Shown: positions 53,828 through 63,493 of the stretch, piece by piece
Position numbering within the stretch: position 1 is the stretch's first letter
Layout of the letters: the number at the start of each line of letters is the position of its first letter
Assembly: GCA_947503275.1 (NCBI GenBank)
Contig: CANNCZ010000002.1
Span: 452,733-516,732, forward strand
Length of the DNA stretch: 64,000 bases
Source: an uncultured Erythrobacter sp.
Lineage (GTDB): Bacteria; Pseudomonadota; Alphaproteobacteria; Sphingomonadales; Sphingomonadaceae
Reading direction: 5' to 3'
Notes under the pieces: model-generated
The model's input: only the letters and a program-made list of their open reading frames with translations
Databases searched by the model: none
What the model was told of the DNA's origin: nothing
Position numbers and translations under genes: made by a program

Positions 53828-55066
53828 ATGACGATGGTTGCACGGCGGCAAGTTTTGGGCGGATTGGTGGTTGCAGCAGGCGCCTTGGCTGCGTGCAAAG
53901 AGATCACTCCGGGAGAGGCAGGTTCAGCCGCTGGCCGCACGGTCAATGCTGATGCAACTGAGTTGGACGCAACCGCGCTTGAGGATGCGCTGGTCGGCAG
54001 TTCCTACCTTGGCACAGGCGGCGGTGGCAGCCTTTCCGAAGCACGCGAACTGATCGCGAAGGACCTCGCCGCCGGCTTTACCTTTACCGTACTTCCCGTG
54101 GCCGCACTCGCCGATGATGACCGCGTCGCGTGCCCCTATGGCCTCGCCAGTTTGGCTGAGACAAGCGAGGAAATGCAGGCTCGGCTAGATGCAATTGAGA
54201 GCCGGGTCGAGGAACCGGTGCAAGCCGCCTTTGAAGCGTTAGAGAAACATCTCGACCAGAAATTCGCAGGCGTCATCATGGGCGAAATTGGACCACTAAG
54301 CCTGGCGGAAGGCCTATCGATTGCTGCTCGCTTGGGCATGCCAGCGCTGGATGCAGACACGGTTGGACGCGCCGTGCCAGAGATCAATCAGCACTCGGTC
54401 AAAGTCGCCGGAATACCGCTCACTCCGATTGGCGCAGCGACGCCTTTTGGAGATGAGATGATCGTAGAAACACTGGGCGATCCGACCCGCGCGGAAGACA
54501 TATTGCGCAGTATCGCAGTCGTCAGCCGAGCATGCGGCGTAACCGACAGCCCGATCACCGGAGCGCAAGCCAAGCAAGAGGGCACACTGGTCACAGGCAG
54601 CCTAACCCTCGCCCGCAATATCGGCGCGGCGGTACGCGATGCAAAGGATGCTGGCCAAGACCCGATTGAGGCAGCACGCGCAGCGGGTGATGGCTACTTA
54701 TTGTTCACCGGAACAGTCGCCAGTTTCGATTGGCGCGATGAAGACGGCTTTCTCGTCGGCGAAGTGAACCTAGCTGGCACGGGCGCGTTCGCAGGCCAGA
54801 CCTTTGCCACAGATGTGAAAAACGAACACCTGATCGCGCGGCGCGATGGTGCGGTAATCGCCACCTGCCCCGACCTCATCAGCATCATTGATGTCGAAAG
54901 CGGCGATGGCATCGTCAATCCCGGCTACAGCCAAGGACAGCGTGTTGCCGTGATCGGCTATCGGTGCGATCCGATCTGGCGCGGGGAAGCTGGACTTGCC
55001 GTCTTCAACCCGCGCTATTTCGGATATGACCTCGACTATGTGCCGATTGAGGAATTGTTGGGATAG
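53828..55066 (+). CDS. DUF917 domain-containing protein with a Tat-lipoprotein-type N-terminus
   Basis: The GTGGGGS block and overall length fit DUF917. The N-terminus MTMVARRQVLGGLVVAAGALAAC has a twin-Arg plus a lipobox. Confidence 0.72.
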   Translation: MTMVARRQVLGGLVVAAGALAACKEITPGEAGSAAGRTVNADATELDATALEDALVGSSYLGTGGGGSLSEARELIAKDLAAGFTFTVLPVAALADDDRVACPYGLASLAETSEEMQARLDAIESRVEEPVQAAFEALEKHLDQKFAGVIMGEIGPLSLAEGLSIAARLGMPALDADTVGRAVPEINQHSVKVAGIPLTPIGAATPFGDEMIVETLGDPTRAEDILRSIAVVSRACGVTDSPITGAQAKQEGTLVTGSLTLARNIGAAVRDAKDAGQDPIEAARAAGDGYLLFTGTVASFDWRDEDGFLVGEVNLAGTGAFAGQTFATDVKNEHLIARRDGAVIATCPDLISIIDVESGDGIVNPGYSQGQRVAVIGYRCDPIWRGEAGLAVFNPRYFGYDLDYVPIEELLG

Positions 55067-55075
55067 GGAGTGCCC

Positions 55076-57337
55076 CTACCCCACGATCCCTGCGCTGGAC
55101 AGGACAGCCAATGTCAAAACATCGGGTGCTGCGGCCGTCATAGGCACAATTTGAACCGGTTTCTCCATTCCGATCAGCATCGGGCCAACCGTAGAGTCGC
55201 CGCCCAATTCGCGCAGCAGTTTTGCTGACAGGTTCGCCGATTGCAGCCCTGGCATGATCAAAACATTGGCTGGCGCGGACAAGCGGCTGAAAGGGTAAAG
55301 CCCCATCACTTTCGGGTTCAATGCCGCATCGGGCGCCATCTCGCCCTCGTACTCAAAATCGCACCCATCCCGGTCAAGGATCGCCACCGCATCGCGGATA
55401 TTGCCGAGCCATTGGCCTGATGGATTGCCAAACGTCGAATAGGACAGAAACGCGACGCGCGGTTCATGGCCCATGCGCCGGGCTACCGCTGCGGTTTCCT
55501 TGGCAATGTAGGCGAGTTCCGCTGAGTCAGGCCGTTCATTGATCGTTGTATCGGCGAGGAACGTCGTGTGGTTCTTGCCGATCATCATGTGGATACCAAA
55601 CGGCAGCGCGTCAGGTTTCTTATCGAGCACAAGATTCACCTCGCGCACGGTCTGCGCATAGGTGCGCGTCACGCCTGAGATCATCCCATCGCCATGCCCC
55701 AGAGCAACCAGTAGAGCCGCAAAGACATTCCGCTCTTGATTGACCATCCGGCGCACATCGCGCTCTGTATAACCGCGGCGTTGCAGGCGCTGATAGAGAT
55801 ACTCGACCATCGCGGGCACATGCTCGCTATCAGCCGAATTCTGGATATCGAAGCTGCCGGGATCGGAGACCGAAAGCTGGTGCAACTTGTCCATGACCGC
55901 TTTGGTGCGACCGACCAGAATGGGTTCGCCATATCCGAAATCGCGGAACTGAATGGCTGCGCGCAGCACAACCTCTTCTTCCGCTTCAGCAAATACCATT
56001 CGCTTGGGATGCGCCTTCGCTTCGTTGTAAACGCCGGTCAGTACTGATGTGGTCGGGTTGAGCCGTGAGCGCAGAGCAACTCCATAGGCCTCAAAGTCAT
56101 CGATGCTGGTTTTCGCGACGCCTGAGTCCATCGCAGCCTTTGCGACCGCAGAGGAGACAACCTCGATCAAGCGCGGATCAAAGGGTGCTGGAATGATGTA
56201 GTCGGTCCCGAATTTCTGGTTCTTACCATAGGCGCTTGCGACTTCCTCTGGCACGCGCTCGCGCGCTAATTCCGCAATTGCAGTGGCTGCCGCAACTTTC
56301 ATTTCCTCATTGATCGTCGTCGCTTGCACATCAAGCGCACCGCGGAAGATGAAAGGGAAACCAAGGACGTTGTTGACCTGATTTGGGAAGTCACTGCGCC
56401 CGGTCGCGATGATCGCGTCAGGTCGCACTTCCTTCGCCTCGTTTGGCATGATTTCAGGGGTCGGATTGGCCATTGCAAAGATAATCGGCTTGTCCGCCAT
56501 ATCCGCCACCCATTCCGGCTTCAGCGCACCAGCCGCGGACAGGCCCAAGAAGATGTCTGCGCCTTTGAGCGCCTCTTCGAGACTGGTCGCATCGGTGGCG
56601 ACCGCATGGGCGCTCTTCCATTGATCGACATTGTCGCGACCCGGCGTGATCGGACCCTTTCTATCGCACATGATCACATTTTCGTGCCGGACGCCCATCG
56701 CCTTGATGAGCGCCGTGCAGGCGATCGCTGCCGCCCCGGCGCCATTCACAACGACCTTCACATCCTCGATTTTGCGGTCGGTGAGATAGCATGCGTTGAG
56801 TAATCCAGCTGCGGTAATGATCGCGGTGCCATGCTGGTCATCATGCATGATCGGGATGTTCATCTTCTCACGCAGAGCGGCTTCGATGATAAAGCACTCA
56901 GGCGCCTTGATGTCTTCAAGGTTGATGCCGCCAAAGCTCGGCTCCATCAGCGCCACCGCGTTAATGAATGCCTCGGGATCTTCGGTGTTGAGCTCGATGT
57001 CGATAGAATCGACATCGGCAAAGCGTTTGAACAACACCGCCTTGCCTTCCATCACCGGCTTGGAGGCGAGCGCACCCAAATTGCCCAATCCAAGAATAGC
57101 CGAACCGTTAGAAATTACCGCAACCAGGTTACCTTTAGCAGTGTAGCGATTGGCAAGTGAGGGGTCTTCGGCGATAGCTTCAACCGGGACCGCAACACCG
57201 GGAGAATAAGCGAGGCTAAGGTCGCGCTGCGAAGTCATCGGCTTCGTCGCGACAATCTCAATCTTACCGGGTCGCCCCGTCTCGTGATAAAAAAGCGCCT
57301 CGCGGCTGGTAAAGCCGCCCTTTGGTTCGTTGGCCAT
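55076..57337 (-). CDS. maeB: NADP-dependent malic enzyme (malic enzyme + PTA-like domain)
   Basis: ATG at 57337 (MANEPKGGF...), the dinucleotide fold VVNGAGAAAIA, and a C-terminal phosphotransacetylase-like domain of about 330 aa. Confidence 0.93.
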   Translation of the reverse strand: MANEPKGGFTSREALFYHETGRPGKIEIVATKPMTSQRDLSLAYSPGVAVPVEAIAEDPSLANRYTAKGNLVAVISNGSAILGLGNLGALASKPVMEGKAVLFKRFADVDSIDIELNTEDPEAFINAVALMEPSFGGINLEDIKAPECFIIEAALREKMNIPIMHDDQHGTAIITAAGLLNACYLTDRKIEDVKVVVNGAGAAAIACTALIKAMGVRHENVIMCDRKGPITPGRDNVDQWKSAHAVATDATSLEEALKGADIFLGLSAAGALKPEWVADMADKPIIFAMANPTPEIMPNEAKEVRPDAIIATGRSDFPNQVNNVLGFPFIFRGALDVQATTINEEMKVAAATAIAELARERVPEEVASAYGKNQKFGTDYIIPAPFDPRLIEVVSSAVAKAAMDSGVAKTSIDDFEAYGVALRSRLNPTTSVLTGVYNEAKAHPKRMVFAEAEEEVVLRAAIQFRDFGYGEPILVGRTKAVMDKLHQLSVSDPGSFDIQNSADSEHVPAMVEYLYQRLQRRGYTERDVRRMVNQERNVFAALLVALGHGDGMISGVTRTYAQTVREVNLVLDKKPDALPFGIHMMIGKNHTTFLADTTINERPDSAELAYIAKETAAVARRMGHEPRVAFLSYSTFGNPSGQWLGNIRDAVAILDRDGCDFEYEGEMAPDAALNPKVMGLYPFSRLSAPANVLIMPGLQSANLSAKLLRELGGDSTVGPMLIGMEKPVQIVPMTAAAPDVLTLAVLSSAGIVG

Positions 57338-57477
57338 GATTATTCCCCCCACACTAGAATTCTAAAATTGCACCGTGACATCGGGTTTAGCCCGCGTTTC
57401 GCACAGATGATAGAGGCCAAAGTGCGGTGACAAAATCAGTCGCTCCCTTCCCGAATCATTCCGGGCGTGGCTAGTCG

Positions 57478-60114
57478 ATGCGCATGGCCGGTTCTGCCTC
57501 TTCCAAACCAACTCCGATGATGGAGCAATATCTCGCACTCAAAGCTGAGGCTGAGGGTTCATTGCTGTTCTATCGCATGGGTGACTTCTTTGAGCTGTTT
57601 TTTGACGATGCCAAAGTCGCTGCGAACATTCTTGATATCGCGCTGACATCGCGCGGGGAGCATGCCGGTGAGCCTGTGGCGATGTGCGGGGTGCCTGTGC
57701 ATTCGGCCGAAGGGTATTTGGCCCGGCTGATCAAAGCGGGTCAGCGGGTCGCCATCGCGGAGCAGGTCGAAACTCCTGATGAAGCGAAAGCACGTGCAAA
57801 ACGTGAGGGCAAACCATCGTCCAAAGTGTTGGTGGCGCGCGATATTGTTCGGTTTGTTACCGCAGGGACACTGACCGAGGAAGCGTTGCTGGAGCCGCGC
57901 CGTGCGAACATGTTGGCCGCGCTTGCTGAAGTGCGCGGTGTGATTGGCATTGCCAGCTGCGACATCTCAACTGGTGCAATGACACTAGAGGAATGCCAAC
58001 CGGGCATGCTCAGCGCGGAGCTTGCACGTCTTGGGGCGACCGAAGTGGTTGTGCCCGACGGATGGGAGCATGATCCGTTTACAGCAACGTCGCACGCCCG
58101 CAGCGCCTTTTCGAGTGACGCCGGGGCACAACGTCTGCGCGCCATCCATTCGGTTTCAACTCTCGATGGTTTTGGGGCGTTCTCGCGCGCAATGCTTGCC
58201 GCTGCGGGCGGGTTGATCGGGTATCTTGATCATGTTGGGCGCGGCTCGCTTCCATTGCTCTTGCCGCCAGTCCTTCGTGCCGAATCATCAGGTATGGCGA
58301 TGGATGAGGCGACGCGCGCCAGCCTCGAAATTCTGGAGACCTCCACTGGGGGGCGCGGCGGCAGTTTGATTGCGGCGATTGATCGGTGTTCGACAGGAGC
58401 CGGATCTCGCCAATTGGCTGAGGATTTGTCAGCACCTTTATTGGATGCTTCGCCGATTGAGGAGCGGCTGGCTCTGGTGCAGTTCTGGCGCGACCTCCCT
58501 ATTGAACGAGCCAATCTGCGCGACTGTCTGCGGGCATTACCCGATCTTGGCCGCGCATTGGGCCGGATTGTGGCAGACCGGGGCAGCCCGCGTGATCTGG
58601 GCCAAATCCGCGACGGCCTTGGCGAAGCGGCGCGTCTCAATGACTGGTTGACGCGGGAGGATGATCGCCCGCCCCTGCTTGATCAATTGTTGCCGCGATT
58701 TGCCGGGCATGGTGCGTTGACCGATTGGCTGTCACGCGCGCTCGTTGCCTCCCCTCCAACCGAGCGCTCCAATGGTGGCTTTGTTGCACAAGGGTATGAC
58801 GAGGCCCTGGATGAATTGCGCGACATATCGGGCAATGCGCGGCGCGCCATCGCTGCGATGGAGGCTCGCTACCGCACCGACACCGGCATCACCTCGCTCA
58901 AGATCAAACACAACGGGGTGCTCGGCTATTTCATCGAGGTCCCCAGCCGCCATGCAGACGCATTGATGGCACCCGATAGCGGCTTCACGCATCGCCAGAC
59001 GATGAAGGGCGCCGTTCGGTTCAACTCCATCGCATTGCACGAAGAAGCTACACGTATTTCGGAAGCTGGCGGGCGAGCGCTGGCAGCGGAAGAATCCCAT
59101 TTCGAAGAGCTCGTCGGCGAAGTCAGCGCCGCTCGCGAACAAATAGCCGCGACCGCGGCGGCTCTCGCCCGGCTGGACGTGGCGGCAGGTCATGCAGAGC
59201 GCGCTGCCGAAGGGGATTGGGTACGGCCCGAGATTAGCGATGACCGAGGTCTAGCGATCGCGGGCGGGCGGCATCCCGTGGTTGAGGCGGCGCTGGCTAA
59301 GACTGGTGATCGGTTTGTTGCCAATGATTGCGCTCTCTCTCCCGATGACCGGCTTTGGCTGATCGGCGGGCCGAATATGGGCGGCAAGTCGACATTCCTG
59401 CGCCAGAATGCGTTGATCGTGCTGATGGGGCAATCTGGGTGCTTTGTGCCCGCGACTTCGGCGCGGATTGGTCTGGTCGACCGGTTGTTCAGCCGTGTTG
59501 GTGCCTCGGATAACCTCGCTAAGGGCCGCTCCACCTTTATGGTCGAGATGGTCGAGACCGCTGCAATCCTGTCGCAAGCCACTGAGCGCAGTTTTGTGAT
59601 CCTGGACGAAGTTGGCCGGGGCACATCGACCTATGACGGGCTGGCGTTGGCATGGGCTGTTGTCGAGGCTGTGCATTCGCGGATTGAGTGCCGCTGCCTG
59701 TTCGCCACGCATTACCATGAGCTCGCGCGATTGGCTCAGACGTGCTCCAATCTCTCACTGCACCATGTGCGTGCACGCGAATGGAAGGGTGACTTGGTCC
59801 TGCTCCATGAATTGGCAGAAGGGCCTGCGGACCGTTCTTACGGGCTTGCAGTCGCGAAGTTGGCCGGTGTGCCCGCACCAGTTGTCGAACGCGCGCGCCA
59901 AGTGCTTGATAAACTGGAAAAGGCGCGCAGCGAAACTGGTGGTTTAGCCGCAGGCCTTGGCGATTTGCCTTTATTTGCCGCCGCCGCAGCGCCTGAGCCA
60001 ATGCAAACTCCCGAACAGGCACTAGCAGAGCGTTTGCAGCAAACCGACTTGGATGCACTCGCCCCGCGCGAAGCGCTGGATCTGCTCTATGATCTAAAAC
60101 GAGCGCTTGATTGA
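57478..60114 (+). CDS. mutS: DNA mismatch repair protein MutS
   Basis: TPMMEQYL, GPNMGGKST, and the DEVGRGTSTYDG block. Confidence 0.96.
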   Translation: MRMAGSASSKPTPMMEQYLALKAEAEGSLLFYRMGDFFELFFDDAKVAANILDIALTSRGEHAGEPVAMCGVPVHSAEGYLARLIKAGQRVAIAEQVETPDEAKARAKREGKPSSKVLVARDIVRFVTAGTLTEEALLEPRRANMLAALAEVRGVIGIASCDISTGAMTLEECQPGMLSAELARLGATEVVVPDGWEHDPFTATSHARSAFSSDAGAQRLRAIHSVSTLDGFGAFSRAMLAAAGGLIGYLDHVGRGSLPLLLPPVLRAESSGMAMDEATRASLEILETSTGGRGGSLIAAIDRCSTGAGSRQLAEDLSAPLLDASPIEERLALVQFWRDLPIERANLRDCLRALPDLGRALGRIVADRGSPRDLGQIRDGLGEAARLNDWLTREDDRPPLLDQLLPRFAGHGALTDWLSRALVASPPTERSNGGFVAQGYDEALDELRDISGNARRAIAAMEARYRTDTGITSLKIKHNGVLGYFIEVPSRHADALMAPDSGFTHRQTMKGAVRFNSIALHEEATRISEAGGRALAAEESHFEELVGEVSAAREQIAATAAALARLDVAAGHAERAAEGDWVRPEISDDRGLAIAGGRHPVVEAALAKTGDRFVANDCALSPDDRLWLIGGPNMGGKSTFLRQNALIVLMGQSGCFVPATSARIGLVDRLFSRVGASDNLAKGRSTFMVEMVETAAILSQATERSFVILDEVGRGTSTYDGLALAWAVVEAVHSRIECRCLFATHYHELARLAQTCSNLSLHHVRAREWKGDLVLLHELAEGPADRSYGLAVAKLAGVPAPVVERARQVLDKLEKARSETGGLAAGLGDLPLFAAAAAPEPMQTPEQALAERLQQTDLDALAPREALDLLYDLKRALD

Positions 60115-60145
60115 GCAGCGCATCGCGCTTGCACCAAACTTTAAC

Positions 60146-60664
60146 CCTATGGCGGCTATGCCTCTCATCATGTCAAATAATATGTTCGCAAACCCCAAAG
60201 CCGCGCTCGGCTTCGCCGGTGTCACAATTGCAATCGCAGTTGCGGCCACGTTCGGTGTCAGCGCATTTGTGCCCACCGCAACCGACGAAGCGGAGGACGA
60301 GGTACCGGTCGTGACCGAGAGCGAAACTGAGACGAAACCTGCTCAGGTTGCGAGCAATGCGCCCCCGCCACCAGCGTGGGGCGCAGGCGATAATTCGGGC
60401 GGCTGGGGAGCCGAACTGCCAGACCCCGCCTCGGCCGGCAACGATATGGTCGATTCAGGCAATGACGGGCAAAGCAACGGCCCTACCTTCGGAGACTTTT
60501 CATCTGAGAGCAGACGGCCCGGTTCGAACGCCTCAGAGAGTTCTGAATCGCGCGGAGGATCATCGCGCTCTTCTGGTGCGAGAGTCGAATCGCGCGCAGC
60601 GCCGGGCGCACCAGCGCTGCCACGTCCACGGGGCGGCGTCCCTACGCTTACTTCTTCGGAATGA
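60146..60664 (+). CDS. hypothetical membrane-anchored, Ser/Gly/Pro-rich protein (start uncertain)
   Basis: The track ORF opens with TTG at 60107, overlapping the mutS stop. The first ATG is at 60146. It has one TM segment (ALGFAGVTIAIAVAATFGV) and a low-complexity tail. Confidence 0.4.
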   Translation, partial: PMAAMPLIMSNNMFANPKAALGFAGVTIAIAVAATFGVSAFVPTATDEAEDEVPVVTESETETKPAQVASNAPPPPAWGAGDNSGGWGAELPDPASAGNDMVDSGNDGQSNGPTFGDFSSESRRPGSNASESSESRGGSSRSSGARVESRAAPGAPALPRPRGGVPTLTSSE

Positions 60665-60695
60665 TCGTCAGGCCCGCATAACGCGGGCTATCTGA

Positions 60696-61565
60696 TCAGC
60701 GGGTCGGAACGGGCGCTTCGCCAGAATAGTCATAAAACCCGCGACCGGTCTTGCGGCCTAGCCAGCCTGCCTCAACATATTTTACCAGCAGTGGTGCCGG
60801 GCGATACTTCGTGTCACGGGTCGTCTTGTAAAGAACCTTGATAATATCAAGGCAGGTATCAAGCCCAACAAAATCAGCGAGTTGCAACGGCCCCATAGGG
60901 TGGTTGAGGCCCAAGCGACACCCTTTGTCGATATCCTCAATTCCTGCGGTCGATTGGCCCAAAACAAACACCGCTTCATTGATCATCGGCAGCAAAATGC
61001 GGTTGACCACAAAGCCCGGCTCATCCTGCGACAGTACGACCTGTTTGCCTAAACCTTCGGCGAAGGCGGTCACGCGGTCAGTTGTATCTTGCGCAGTCGC
61101 AAGGCCGGGGATCACTTCGATGAGACCCATCACGGGAACCGGATTGAAGAAGTGAAGGCCGATAAAGCGCTCCGGATCAGGCGAGCTGTTCGCCATTCGC
61201 GTGATCGGGATTGAGCTGGTGTTGGACGCCATGATCGCGTTTGGCGCGAGAACCTTGCCAGCTTGTTCAAAAATGGCTTGTTTGATCGGCTCTTTTTCTG
61301 TCGCCGCCTCAATTATGAGATCGGCATCGCCCATCGGATCGTATCCGGCAATCGGAGTGACTTTGGCGAGCAGAGCTTCGGCTGCGTCTGCTTCGATCTT
61401 GCCGCGGCCAACCAGTTTGGTCACAGCGTTTTCAATCTTGCCCTTGCCGGCTTCTGCTGTGGGTAGGTCGATGTCGGAGAGCATAACGGGCATCCCATGC
61501 GCAGCAACGCTTTGAGCGATCCCGGTGCCCATTTGTCCGGCCCCAATAACAGCGATTTTCCGCAT
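60696..61565 (-). CDS. 3-hydroxybutyryl-CoA dehydrogenase
   Basis: ATG at 61565 ([18 protein letters not shown]), with NTSS and HFFNP blocks. Confidence 0.9.
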   Translation of the reverse strand: MRKIAVIGAGQMGTGIAQSVAAHGMPVMLSDIDLPTAEAGKGKIENAVTKLVGRGKIEADAAEALLAKVTPIAGYDPMGDADLIIEAATEKEPIKQAIFEQAGKVLAPNAIMASNTSSIPITRMANSSPDPERFIGLHFFNPVPVMGLIEVIPGLATAQDTTDRVTAFAEGLGKQVVLSQDEPGFVVNRILLPMINEAVFVLGQSTAGIEDIDKGCRLGLNHPMGPLQLADFVGLDTCLDIIKVLYKTTRDTKYRPAPLLVKYVEAGWLGRKTGRGFYDYSGEAPVPTR

Positions 61566-61623
61566 GACATTCCCTTCGCAAGTGCAGCAAAGCGCGGTCA
61601 CTAGCTTGGAAGGTGGGCTCTGA

Positions 61624-62199
61624 CTAGCGATTTGCTCCCGGAACCCACTTAACATCCGACCTGCCATTGTCATTCAGCACACGGGCAAGCACGAAGAGCA
61701 GGTCTGACAGTCGGTTGACGTACATCAAAGCCGCCGGATTGGTCGCATCGTGTTCGGCCAATTGGGTCATGGCCCTCTCCGCTGCACGGGTCTTAGCGCG
61801 AGCGACATGAACGCGCGCCGCCGCTTCGCTGCCACCGGGCAAGACAAAACTGGTGAGCGGTTCTAGCGCCTCGTTGAGGGCATCGATTCGATTTTCGACC
61901 CATGTCGGCTGAGCGTCTGTAATGCGGAGCACCATCTCAGACGGCGCAAAATCGCCACCCTCTGATGGAGTGGCGAGGTCAGCGCCCAGATCAAACAGAT
62001 CGTTTTGAACGTGGGTCAACAGCGCGCGATGCGCCTCACCCATATCCGCACAAACGGCCAATCCAATCGCGCTATTCGCCTCATCCACGAGGCCGATTGC
62101 TGCGATCCGGGCAGAGTGCTTGGCGGCGCGCGACCCATCGACCAATCCGGTCGTACCGTCATCACCGGTGCGGGTGTATATCTTGTTCAGTTTTACCAT
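61624..62199 (-). CDS. ATP:cob(I)alamin adenosyltransferase, PduO type
   Basis: [19 protein letters not shown]...; 191 aa. Confidence 0.88.
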   Translation of the reverse strand: MVKLNKIYTRTGDDGTTGLVDGSRAAKHSARIAAIGLVDEANSAIGLAVCADMGEAHRALLTHVQNDLFDLGADLATPSEGGDFAPSEMVLRITDAQPTWVENRIDALNEALEPLTSFVLPGGSEAAARVHVARAKTRAAERAMTQLAEHDATNPAALMYVNRLSDLLFVLARVLNDNGRSDVKWVPGANR

Positions 62200-62233
62200 A
62201 GGCTCGACCTATGGCGTCCGCAGACCGCTCAGT

Positions 62234-62467
62234 CTAGCTGCTCGCTACGAGTGCAATAATACCGACCACCACAATTGCGGCGAATTGGTATTTGATCCGG
62301 GCGAACATCGCTTTGTTCTGCATCACCTGCATCTCAGTGACGGTTTCACCTTCACCGGTTTCAAGATCAATCTTGGTGGTCTTCAAAAACGCGATAACAC
62401 CACGGATTAGCGACACCACAACGAGCAAACACAAGATGATCAGGATGGGGATGAGAATATAATTCAT
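62234..62467 (-). CDS. twin transmembrane helix small protein (HIG1-like)
   Basis: 77 aa with two TM helices flanking a charged loop. This is a common alphaproteobacterial family. Confidence 0.72.
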   Translation of the reverse strand: MNYILIPILIILCLLVVVSLIRGVIAFLKTTKIDLETGEGETVTEMQVMQNKAMFARIKYQFAAIVVVGIIALVASS

Positions 62468-62491
62468 AGCCTCTAAATGGACTGTTTTGCG

Positions 62492-63343
62492 CTAAGTTCC
62501 AGTAGCGATTTTTTGCAACCGTAATTGTTCGGCAAGCATCAACCCATCATCACCTCGCAAACGCCGCTCCGCCAAAGGGGGTGAACCGCGCCGTTTGGCA
62601 AGCTTCTCACCTGTTTCGTCGAGCAGCAATTTGTGGTGCAACCAATGCGGAACTGACAGACCGAGCAGTTCCTGCAAGATGCGGTGGATCGCGGTAGTAT
62701 CGTACAAATCCTGCCCTCGGGTCACAAGGGTCACGCCGTCCGCTGCATCATCCAGTGTGACAGCCAAATGGTAGCTCGCTGGCAGGTCCTTGCGAACCAG
62801 AACCACATCACCAAATTCGCGTGGATCCGCCGTGATTGAGCCTGCAAATTCATCCGTCCAGACAATCTCACCGACCTCTGACATTGCACGATCAATATCG
62901 AGCCGCCATGCGACCGGAATTTCCGCAGAGCTTACTCTCGCGACGCATTGGCCTTTGCAGGAACCGGGGTAGCTGCGCCTATCTTCGGTCTGGCGTTTTG
63001 GCAGCGCTTCGATTTCAGCACGGGTGCACGCGCATGGATAGATTGTCTCTTGCTGTTGAAGCGCCTCAATCGCTCTCTGGTAACTCTCTATGCGTTTAGA
63101 CTGCTGCTCTACCTCTATCCACTCAAGCCCTAACCATTCAAGATCACGGCGAAATTCATCAGCAAATTCAGGGCGTGAGCGCGGCCCATCAATGTCCTCG
63201 ATCCTCAAGAGGAATTGTCCGTCCGGATCATTATTGGCAATATCATGCGCAATAATTGCCGCAAAAGCATGACCGATATGCAGCCGCCCATTCGGACTGG
63301 GGGCGAAACGGGTCACGGTGGGGCGAGGGATTTGCGTAGTCAT
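62492..63343 (-). CDS. gluQ: tRNA glutamyl-Q(34) synthetase
   Basis: ATG at 63343. It has TRFAPSPNGRLHIGHAFAA and KLAKR motifs. At 283 aa it is a truncated GltX paralogue with no anticodon-binding domain. Confidence 0.88.
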   Translation of the reverse strand: MTTQIPRPTVTRFAPSPNGRLHIGHAFAAIIAHDIANNDPDGQFLLRIEDIDGPRSRPEFADEFRRDLEWLGLEWIEVEQQSKRIESYQRAIEALQQQETIYPCACTRAEIEALPKRQTEDRRSYPGSCKGQCVARVSSAEIPVAWRLDIDRAMSEVGEIVWTDEFAGSITADPREFGDVVLVRKDLPASYHLAVTLDDAADGVTLVTRGQDLYDTTAIHRILQELLGLSVPHWLHHKLLLDETGEKLAKRRGSPPLAERRLRGDDGLMLAEQLRLQKIATGT

Positions 63344-63493
63344 TTTTGGCCCCCTCATTGTATTCTGCGGCACATATTCTTGCGTCGTTCACAGCTTACC
63401 AACAGCCTCTGCCTGTGGATATACACAGTGTAACGGGTTTGACTCTTATCTTCGTCACGGCATGTTCCAGTCAATCAGTGGAGGAACCCAAGG

